Part shown: in pieces, positions 29,201 to 34,994 of the stretch
How the letters are laid out: the number at the start of each line of letters is the position of its first letter
Position numbering within the stretch: the stretch's first letter is position 1
Assembly (NCBI GenBank): GCA_040006895.1
Contig: JBDTWB010000001.1
Location: 1,802-65,801, forward strand
Origin: Casimicrobiaceae bacterium
GTDB lineage: Bacteria; Pseudomonadota; Gammaproteobacteria; Burkholderiales; Casimicrobiaceae
Direction of reading: 5' to 3'
Length of the DNA: 64,000 nucleotides
Made by a program: the position numbers and the translations under genes
The notes under the pieces: generated by a model
What the model was told of the DNA's origin: nothing
The model's database searches: none
The model's input: the letters and a program-made list of their open reading frames with translations, nothing else

Positions 29201-30860
29201 GATCGAGATCCAGGCCGAGTCCCAGATCCAATCGCGCCTTTCGCTGCGCGGTGACGCGCATGCCGGGTTCGACCCGCTGGAGTTCGATCGCTTCACGCGG
29301 TTCCAGGAGCTCACGCGTTCCCTCGCCGAGGGCATCAACGATGTCTCGACGGTGCAGCAATCCCTGCTGCGCAACGTCGACGATGCGGACGCGGCCCTGG
29401 TCGCGCAGGCGCGGTTGTCGCGCGACGTGCAGCAACAGCTGTTTGCGATCCGGACCGTACCTTTCAGCAGCGTGTCCGAGCGGCTGTATCGGATCCTGCG
29501 GCAGGTGGCCAAGGAGCTCGACAAGCGGGTCAACCTCGAGATCCGCGGCTCGCAGGTCGAGCTCGACCGGTCTGTCCTCGAGAAACTGGTCGGCCCCCTG
29601 GAGCATCTCCTGCGCAACGCGATCGACCATGGCATCGAGCCGCGGGACAGGCGCGTGCAGAGCGGCAAGGCGCCCTCGGGCGAGATTGCCGTGACGGTGC
29701 GGCAGGTCGGCAACGAGATCGCCATCGAGCTCGCCGACGACGGTGCGGGCCTCGATTTCGAGCGGATCCGCGCGCGTGCCGTGGCGCAGGGGCGCATCGC
29801 GCCCGACGCGAGGCCAACCGAGGCGCAGCTCGTCGAATGCATCTTCGAGCCGGGCTTCTCGACGGCGGCGAAGGTGACGCACGTATCGGGCCGGGGCATC
29901 GGCATGGACGTAGTGCGCGCCGAGATCGCCGCGCTCGGCGGTCGGGTGGACGTGACGTCTCGGCCGGGAAGCGGCACGACGTTCCTGCTCTACCTGCCGC
30001 TCACGCTGGCCGTGGCGCAGGCAGTCCTGGTGCGCGCCGGTGGCCGGTTGTGGGCCGTGCCGGCGCCAATGGTGGAGCAGGTGCAGCAGGTCAAGGCCGA
30101 GCATTTGCTCGAGTGCTACGCCAGCGGAAAGTTGAACTGGCAGGGACGCATCTACCCGCTGCACTACCTGCCGCGGCTGCTTGGCGACACCGGGCACAAT
30201 CCCCTGACCGGGCGCTTCAACGCCGTCCTGCTGCTGCGCACGGGCCAGGGGGTCACGGCCGTGCATGTCGACGAGATGGTCGGCAACCAGGAAGTCGTGG
30301 TCAAGAACATCGGCCCGCAGCTCGCTCGGGTATCCGGCATCGCCGGTGCCACCGTGCTCGGGACCGGCGAGATCGTGCTGATCATCAACCCGGTGCAACT
30401 CGCGCAACGAGCCGACATCCCCGGGTTCGATCCTCATGCCGACGATCAGCTCGTGGTATCGCGCGCCGCACCGGTGCCCGCCGTGCGCGCGCCGCTGGCG
30501 ATGATCGTCGACGACTCCCTGACCGTGCGCAAGATGACCAGCCGCCTGCTGACGCGGGAGGGGTTCGAGGTCATCACCGCCAAGGATGGCCTGGACGCGT
30601 TGCAGCAACTCGTCGGGATCAGGCCCGACGTCATTCTGCTCGACATCGAGATGCCGCGGATGGATGGATTCGAGTTCACGCGGACGATCAAGGCGGATGC
30701 CCGTCACGCCGACGTGCCGATCATCATGATCACGTCGCGCACCGCCGAGAAGCACCGCAACCTCGCCCGCGACCTCGGCGTGGACCTGTTCCTCGGCAAG
30801 CCCTATCAGGAAGACGAGCTGCTGCGCACCCTACGCGAGATGCTGTCGGTCGCCGCCTGA
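23289..30860 (+). CDS. chpA: ChpA/PilL hybrid histidine kinase of the Pil-Chp system (multi-Hpt, HATPase, CheW-like, receiver)
   Basis: Canonical Hpt HxxKG motifs at H742 (FHTLKGSGRMVGL) and H1788 (LHTFKGSARMAGA). Variant Hpt motifs at H76 (HQAAGAVQMVG) and H1315 (SHTLCGIHRTGG). Kinase N-box LEHLLRNAIDHGIE and G-boxes DDGAGLD / GRGIGMD. A CheW-like segment and a C-terminal receiver (MIVDDS...ILLDIEMPRMDG...GKP). The listed start is TTG at 23289; an in-frame GTG at 23352 preceded by AGGAG is a plausible alternative. Confidence 0.9.
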   Translation: MLDIALGESPAEPPPIAGATLVAPGVNTPPEFDAGPLSWVQGEIDEALARGIEALETFVANPGDATSLRHARTHVHQAAGAVQMVGLDAVVAYTDEIERHLGALDGAPANTVAVAAAPVNRACRKLRIFLAELVDGAPPVPLKLFPEYEAMQKARGMATATPTDLFYPDLSAPAPAPRRGEPGLTGAALSTFLVNQRRNFQRGLLGWLRGSRDGARQMRETIAAIEQATTTPNLRAFWWSAGVLTEALAERGIEPDFGVKQLLARLDLQIRRLAEGSAKVADRLRREVLYYVAISGPVTPAIAAVQARFGLPGLIPSAEVLNADLVRIQPHLREAREQLGQAKETWLKFTSGRAENLPKLKQNLASVHRHATETREAALAKLTAALVARLDRMSPSNVSEAVAMEYATALLLADSAFQNFGKLSPEFGQQVEVMLARLDAAQASLPFQGGDGAPMLEEMSRRAQDRLLLAQVGREIRANLRHMEQVLDAFFRDHGRREELKTLGKDTAQIRGALRMLELDAADELLAACEARITAYADPETAVVDDDLELLAESLSGLGFYIEAVEQQRADHARLIGPLLARQRGETPVAAEVVTDSVEMAVAQLRTALPALVEEVRRVPNDRVARETLRAKLAVLRDDAELIGDVELVVRAKAALHELDEGGTAGAAVTAFAEAPAVNPTPEVSQETQRLLAHDVELDAELLDIFLCEADEVLGTIAEQHRILSHNPADREALRTARRQFHTLKGSGRMVGLTDLGEIAYDVEKIHNRLLEEERGVTPAVLALLAGGEVAFRQWVGELRARGSVQPDPERLHAAIREVEAEFPRGRDSVLAGRAATRAASAPPAVTQPPLPAAAPAAANVTTTAIPTAIASSDAAAELSDSDALASVLAAYRGAQLDFAALPAAAATEIGARADASPAQDDALPPGPGVWVEGSESFDGFGEPVKALRGEPAHLSDAFSARAGGAEAGRAVEATSWSELGGLDDVGAVAEPGVQDHRPYELSDAIEELDLSWIEPSAAAGLHVGEPPPVRPAPPEILAIEWADTRFADEAAADAGAAAERSRDRLLDVAADMSRSDDGGRNVEQAEDGARDESLARDDAGDLDSFAWQGSDDAALADADAIDRTLQARIVGHQTTSAAMSSIAGAAMNDAVGEAQDRVVLRADVGHGTDDGRGEDRGPDSPSMDLDLDVGGTADGQDATEADRAPAPGSAIPEDVVRSLREDVADLDLDLGDAAVDLPDASPPEPATAMVAESGADRDAVSDDMTIGEVTLSRSLYEILIAEADEHLTTLGHELALMQFDPAYGLSAAMVRASHTLCGIHRTGGFPIVPPTAKALEQCLVALQRRGEPLSEATHAALARAIDLLGELVGKVRDQRPFEPEDVAEGDAIQAELDNVRQACEQVRPEQPKTVEPPEGAASEGASSEGFETGPFEFAEPGMEQLEDEHATAEEITGMLAPAARQLAGEHVEGQGGARAFTYAGDGTVAAANEDVAAGAPRAHDRDAADGSAQAAPSALDPAPGEAIAAASAVHADAAGDASMDASGATAGPGPIAESGGAHLPADGVAADDERNQAAGAIEVDALLVRALLAHFAEEDTRAAPAEGAIADVNSPATEPVVGALVPPPLDDESIADELAQLLAAESATGLREAPHLDASEQEQTLSEELSLRQPAPVGNVPGNVSPATERADHDKPAGEVVPLPSPVAVGADAGVPGMIDVERLVADALQIVPADAETPLDQISDDVDAQLLPIFVEEAEELFPQAGEELRAWRRNPPDATHAGALRRTLHTFKGSARMAGAMRLGELAHRMESRLLRGDDLVHGDPELFDALEGDLDRVAFVLDALRAGRTNVDLPWLDAAAAPAGSPPADARTHAAGNGSAAMGVVVPLPGIGSAHADASANADVESVPAVEPDATQRAMLRVRADIIDRLVNEAGEVAIARARVESELRALKANLLELTTSVIRMRTQVREIEIQAESQIQSRLSLRGDAHAGFDPLEFDRFTRFQELTRSLAEGINDVSTVQQSLLRNVDDADAALVAQARLSRDVQQQLFAIRTVPFSSVSERLYRILRQVAKELDKRVNLEIRGSQVELDRSVLEKLVGPLEHLLRNAIDHGIEPRDRRVQSGKAPSGEIAVTVRQVGNEIAIELADDGAGLDFERIRARAVAQGRIAPDARPTEAQLVECIFEPGFSTAAKVTHVSGRGIGMDVVRAEIAALGGRVDVTSRPGSGTTFLLYLPLTLAVAQAVLVRAGGRLWAVPAPMVEQVQQVKAEHLLECYASGKLNWQGRIYPLHYLPRLLGDTGHNPLTGRFNAVLLLRTGQGVTAVHVDEMVGNQEVVVKNIGPQLARVSGIAGATVLGTGEIVLIINPVQLAQRADIPGFDPHADDQLVVSRAAPVPAVRAPLAMIVDDSLTVRKMTSRLLTREGFEVITAKDGLDALQQLVGIRPDVILLDIEMPRMDGFEFTRTIKADARHADVPIIMITSRTAEKHRNLARDLGVDLFLGKPYQEDELLRTLREMLSVAA

Positions 30861-31116
30861 GGCTGCGCGACCGTTTCGTGCCGGTCCGCGAGCTCGCGGG
30901 ATCCTCCGCGCCGGGCGATGCGCCTTCGCGGCGCTCGTTCGTCGTGGCCGAACCCGGCCGCCTGTGCGCCGTTGCCGGCAGTCCAATGGGTCGGTATCCT
31001 CGGGTCGATCGCCCGCCTCGCATCAACACGATCGTCGCCTGCAAGACCGCCGTCGGGGCGATGCGCGCGAGTTGTTCCATCCAGCGACCGGTCGCGCTTC
31101 CTACTCGGAATCTCCT

Positions 31117-32322
31117 GTGCCCTCCAACCCCATTCTCATCGCCGGCGGCGGTATCGGCGGACTTGCCACGGCGCTCGGGCTGGCCCGTCATGGCCTGAAC
31201 GTCCGGGTGCTCGAGAAAGCCGGCTCGCTCGGCGAGATCGGCGCCGGTATCCAGCTCGGTCCCAACGCCTTCCATGCGTTCGATGCCCTCGGCGTGGGCG
31301 ATGCAGCTCGGAAGATGGCCGTGTATATCGACAGCCTGCGTCTGATGGATGCGCTCGTGGGCGATGAGATCGTGAACATTTCCCTTGGCGAGAACTTCAG
31401 GCGCCGCTTCGGCAATCCGTACGCCGTCGTCCATCGCGGTGATCTGCACGGCGTGTTGCTGCACGCGTGCCGGGACAGTCCGCTGATCGAATTGAGCGTG
31501 CGCAGCGAGGTGACGGCCTACGCGCACGAGGACGGCGGCGTGTCGGCCGAGCTCGGGTCTGGGGAGCGCGTGGCCGGCGCCGCCCTGATCGGGGCCGATG
31601 GCCTATGGTCGAAGGTGCGCGAGCAGGTGGTCGGCGATGGTCCGCCCCGCGTTTCCGGACACACCACGTATCGCTCCGTGATCCCCACGGCGCACATGCC
31701 CGAAGACCTTCGCTGGAATGCGGCCACGCTCTGGGCCGGACCCAAATGCCACGTGGTTCACTACCCGTTATCCGACTGGAAAGTGTTCAACCTGGTCGCG
31801 ACGTATCACAACGACGCGGCCGAACCCGTGGCCGGCAAACCCGTGTCGCGCGAGGAGGTGCTTGCTGGCTTCCGCCACACCCATCCGCGCGTCCAGGCCA
31901 TCATCGAGCATGGGTCCGACTGGAAGCTGTGGGTGCTCTGCGATCGTGATCCCGTCGAGCGATGGACTGATGGACGCGTGGCGCTGCTGGGCGACGCTGC
32001 CCATCCCATGCTCCAGTACTTTGCGCAAGGAGCCTGCATGGCGCTGGAAGATGCCGTGTGCCTGGCCGACACGGTGGGCGCGCACCGCAACGATCTGGAC
32101 GCCGCGTTCACGGCCTACAACCGCGAGCGCTTGCTGCGCACGACGCGTCTCCAGCTGCAATCGCGCGAGATCGGCAACCATGTGTATCACCCGGCAGGCC
32201 CACACGCCGCCCTCAGGAACAGCCTGATGCGGGCCAAGTCCGAGGACGACTGGTACGATACTTTCGCCTGGCTTTACGGGGGGCCGAAGGCGGACCCAAC
32301 TGTCGACCCCTGCACGCGTTGA
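31117..32322 (+). CDS. FAD-dependent aromatic-ring monooxygenase (3-hydroxybenzoate 6-hydroxylase / salicylate hydroxylase-like)
   Basis: ILIAGGGIGGLATALGLARHG dinucleotide fold, and LLGDAAHPMLQYFAQGACMALEDA. Start set to the in-frame GTG at 31117 (about 401 aa) because the upstream part of the 30964 ORF is Arg-rich junk. The start is uncertain. Confidence 0.8.
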   Translation: MPSNPILIAGGGIGGLATALGLARHGLNVRVLEKAGSLGEIGAGIQLGPNAFHAFDALGVGDAARKMAVYIDSLRLMDALVGDEIVNISLGENFRRRFGNPYAVVHRGDLHGVLLHACRDSPLIELSVRSEVTAYAHEDGGVSAELGSGERVAGAALIGADGLWSKVREQVVGDGPPRVSGHTTYRSVIPTAHMPEDLRWNAATLWAGPKCHVVHYPLSDWKVFNLVATYHNDAAEPVAGKPVSREEVLAGFRHTHPRVQAIIEHGSDWKLWVLCDRDPVERWTDGRVALLGDAAHPMLQYFAQGACMALEDAVCLADTVGAHRNDLDAAFTAYNRERLLRTTRLQLQSREIGNHVYHPAGPHAALRNSLMRAKSEDDWYDTFAWLYGGPKADPTVDPCTR

Positions 32323-32500
32323 ACCCACGCGAGCCGGTTACCCTTGGTCGCTGCGGGCGACTGCGCGATGGCCAAGAGCGCGGATCGCGGCACCTTGGTT
32401 GCGATCGCACCCCTGCGGAGTGCGATCGTCTCGTGCCGCCATGGCGGCAAGTGTTAACGCGCCCGCCGACTTCACGCTCGGCGCGTGGCCGGCCCTGGGT

Positions 32501-32707
32501 TCAGCCGTTGCGCCTCGGTATTCCCTCGGTCGCACGCGCCGATACGGCGCGTGGCTTGGCGTCCGCCGAGCTGCCCGATTTGGCGGGCGAGGCGCTGGTT
32601 TGTTTGAAGGAGCTGGGGCTGCGGGCGTCGCAGGCAGTCAGCAAGGCCGCGGCCGCAAGGGGTAAGACCACCCTGCGCGGCACGGAAATCCGCGTTTGTT
32701 TTTTCAT
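32501..32707 (-). CDS. possible small lipoprotein (68 aa)
   Basis: MKKQTRISVPRRVVLPLAAAALLTAC has n-region, h-region and an L-T-A-C lipobox. The mature part is short and S/A/K-rich. It starts 33 nt downstream of the PRC-barrel gene on the same strand. No clear SD. Confidence 0.4.
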   Translation of the reverse strand: MKKQTRISVPRRVVLPLAAAALLTACDARSPSSFKQTSASPAKSGSSADAKPRAVSARATEGIPRRNG

Positions 32708-32740
32708 GGACTCGAAGGTAAGGCGGCCTGAATGGCCACA

Positions 32741-33130
32741 TCAGCAAAGCTGCGCCCCGTGCTCCCAATAGGGCCGGGTCCCGAAGTACGAATGGGCGAA
32801 CACGGCAACGTCACCGTCGAGCCCTTTCGTCGCCAGGTCGGAAGGCAGCAAGGGTGCTTCCTCGATGCGCTCGCGTGGCGCATTGACGATGAAGCGATCG
32901 GCGTCCCCGTCCTGGAACAGGGCATTCCACGGGAGCGCGACCAGCCGCTCGCCGTCGCGGCGTGGGCGCCGCAGTTCGATTACGCCGTAGGCGACGCGGT
33001 TGCGCCGCAAATCGAGGAGGATGTCGTGCAGGTGCCCCACCACGTTGCTGTCACGATCGACGATCTCGATGCCGAGGAGATCGTCGGCGCCGGTGATGCC
33101 GAGGAGCGCGATTCTCGCCCGCTGGGTCAT
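32741..33130 (-). CDS. PRC-barrel domain protein (129 aa)
   Basis: LLGIEIVDRDSNVVGHLHDILLDLRRNRVAYGVIEL...LVALPWNAL is a PRC-barrel-like pattern. Start trimmed from the 32741-33448 ORF to the ATG at 33130. Confidence 0.72.
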   Translation of the reverse strand: MTQRARIALLGITGADDLLGIEIVDRDSNVVGHLHDILLDLRRNRVAYGVIELRRPRRDGERLVALPWNALFQDGDADRFIVNAPRERIEEAPLLPSDLATKGLDGDVAVFAHSYFGTRPYWEHGAQLC

Positions 33131-33241
33131 GCTCGCTGTCCTGCTGGTTTCGTGCACGCTCCCCCCTTTGCTTTCGCATCTGTAGCATCGCCATGATGCG
33201 CAGCGCATCCGAGTGAGGCCATCGGTCACGGCTGAGGTGCC

Positions 33242-33281
33242 TGTAGGACGATAGGACGCCAAACGTAGGGCATGTCCTACA
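33242..33281. promoter_or_regulatory. 8-bp perfect inverted repeat with extra half-sites, immediately upstream of the DUF2784 start
   Basis: TGTAGGAC (33242-33249) and GTCCTACA (33274-33281) are perfect inverted repeats. Additional TAGGAC (33252-33257) and GTAGGG (33265-33270). The right arm ends 3 nt before the GTG/ATG at 33285/33288. Confidence 0.35.
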
Positions 33282-33284
33282 AGA

Positions 33285-33674
33285 GTGATGAATACGTCGA
33301 TCTGGTCCCTCCTCGCCGACGGCCTGGCATTGGCACACGCCCTGTTCGTGTTGTTCGTGGTGTTCGGTGCCATCGTGGTGCGCCTGCGGCCGTGGCTGGC
33401 ATGGCTGCACTTGCCGGCGCTGGCCTGGGCAGTTCTGCTAGAGTTCAACGCTTGGATCTGCCCGCTGACGCCTTGGGAGCAAGCGCTGCGTCGGGCAGCG
33501 CGCGAGGCCGGTTACCAGGGCGGGTTCGTCGACCATTACGTCATGCCGATCCTCTATCCTGCCGGTCTCACTGCAGGTGTCCAGGTGGTCCTGGCCGTCC
33601 TGGTCCTCGCCATCAATGCCGGACTCTACGGGTGGCTTTGGCGCGCACGCTGGCGGCACCGCGCTCCTCCGTAA
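33285..33674 (+). CDS. DUF2784-like small membrane protein (3 predicted TM, CPLT motif)
   Basis: ...LHLPALAWAVLLEFNAWICPLTPWEQALRRAAREAGYQGGFVDHYV... The family name is recalled from memory. Hydrophobic segments at about residues 8-32, 38-60 and 98-118. Confidence 0.78.
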   Translation: MMNTSIWSLLADGLALAHALFVLFVVFGAIVVRLRPWLAWLHLPALAWAVLLEFNAWICPLTPWEQALRRAAREAGYQGGFVDHYVMPILYPAGLTAGVQVVLAVLVLAINAGLYGWLWRARWRHRAPP

Positions 33675-33772
33675 GGGCCGGTTGCGCTGGACGACCAAGC
33701 ACGTACGGGCACGATCGACACCTGGCCCGAGGCCCCCTTGGCCCGGGAAGACCAGCGCTCGAAGGAGAATTC

Positions 33773-34339
33773 ATGGAACGACGTCAATTCCTCAACCGCA
33801 TCGCGGTCGCCACGGCCGGCCTGTGGGCAGCGCGACACGCCGTCGCGGCGCCCATGCCGAAACTGACGACTGCGGATATCGACGACATGCGCCGCACCTG
33901 GCAGGCGTTGGCGCGCAAGGATCTCGAGCTGCCCAGCCCTGCTGCAGCGGTCACCCAGACGCGCGAAGAATGGAGTCGGCAGTTGACGCCGATCCAGTTC
34001 GACGTCTTGCGCCAGGAGGGTACGGAGCGGCCCTTCACGAGTCCGCTCAACGAGGAGAAGCGCCCGGGGATCTTCGCGTGCGCGGGTTGCGGACTGCCGC
34101 TGTTCACGTCCCGCATGAAATACGACAGTGGCACGGGATGGCCGAGCTTTGTCACCAGCATTCCCGATCACCTTGCGTCCAAGCAGGACCGCAAGCTCTT
34201 CCTGCCGCGCACGGAATACCACTGCGTCCGCTGTGGTGGGCACCAGGGCCATGTTTTCGACGACGGGCCGCGGCCGACGGGCGAGCGCTGGTGCAACAAT
34301 GGCGTCGCCCTGAAGTTCCTGCCCACGCGCATGGCGTAG
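33773..34339 (+). CDS. msrB: peptide-methionine (R)-S-oxide reductase MsrB with twin-arginine signal peptide
   Basis: MERRQFLNRIAVATAGLWAARHAVAAP is a Tat-type signal. Zn CxxC pairs CAGCG and CVRCGGHQGH. Catalytic RWCNNG. GAAGGAGA SD upstream. Start trimmed from the 33272 ORF. Confidence 0.9.
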   Translation: MERRQFLNRIAVATAGLWAARHAVAAPMPKLTTADIDDMRRTWQALARKDLELPSPAAAVTQTREEWSRQLTPIQFDVLRQEGTERPFTSPLNEEKRPGIFACAGCGLPLFTSRMKYDSGTGWPSFVTSIPDHLASKQDRKLFLPRTEYHCVRCGGHQGHVFDDGPRPTGERWCNNGVALKFLPTRMA

Positions 34340-34994
34340 CCTTGCCGAGCGTCGCCGAGCGTCAGTTGCGACCGGCGCTGCGCGCCCGATCACCATTCCG
34401 ACGCTGTTCGGGGGCATCCGGGCCACCGCTAGACCTGGAGCCGTGTCCAGCCCCCGCTGCCGGATTTCCGTCGGCAGGCTGCGCTGGCCTCCTTGCAGGG
34501 CGCGCCATCCATTACCGTCGCACGACGCGGCGGCGCGCCTGCCGACGCACGTCGGCCCGGTCTCGCGCGGACGCGACTGCCACGTGCGGCCCGCAGGGCG
34601 CCGTACGTCATTCGATCAACATACCGGAGCCGATATGTCCATCGTGGGGTCCGTCACGCGCGCGCCGAGGCCCCGCGCAGGCCGGCAGGCGCGTTGCCGC
34701 GACACCCGCATTGGCAGGATTAGCCCGCGCAAGGTAAATTGTCGTCGCCGGCCAGCCCGCGGACGCCGGCTTCAGGAAACCAACGGCAATCGGTGCGACA
34801 TTTCCGGACTCCCCACGGTGTAGCCGCGACCGGCGCGTCGCCCCTGAGCGGTTCACGCGTCGGGCGATCGCCGCCCTGGTGCGTGGCTCCTTCCCGTACC
34901 GCACCGAAGCGTGGATAACGAGAGTTCCCGTCGACCGGTCCTGCATGCCGACCAACCGAGATACTCGCCGCTGGCACCGATAGGAGGAGCAAGG

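Noticed and set aside
30964-31116. N-terminal extension of the monooxygenase ORF starting at ATG 30964 (MRRCRQSNGSVSSGRSPASHQHDRR...).
   Set aside because: The extension is Arg/Ser-rich and precedes the GGGIGG FAD fold by about 55 residues, which is atypical for this family. An in-frame GTG at 31117 gives the usual length of about 400 aa. The start remains uncertain.
32401-32429. 9-bp stem hairpin (GCGATCGCAC ... GTGCGATCG) between the convergent monooxygenase and lipoprotein genes. A similar CATGGCGG/CCGCCATG hairpin lies at 37078-37111 between the EF-G paralog and phrB.
   Set aside because: Both are plausible transcript-end structures but lack U-tracts. I cannot distinguish terminators from chance GC-rich palindromes, so they are not listed as features.
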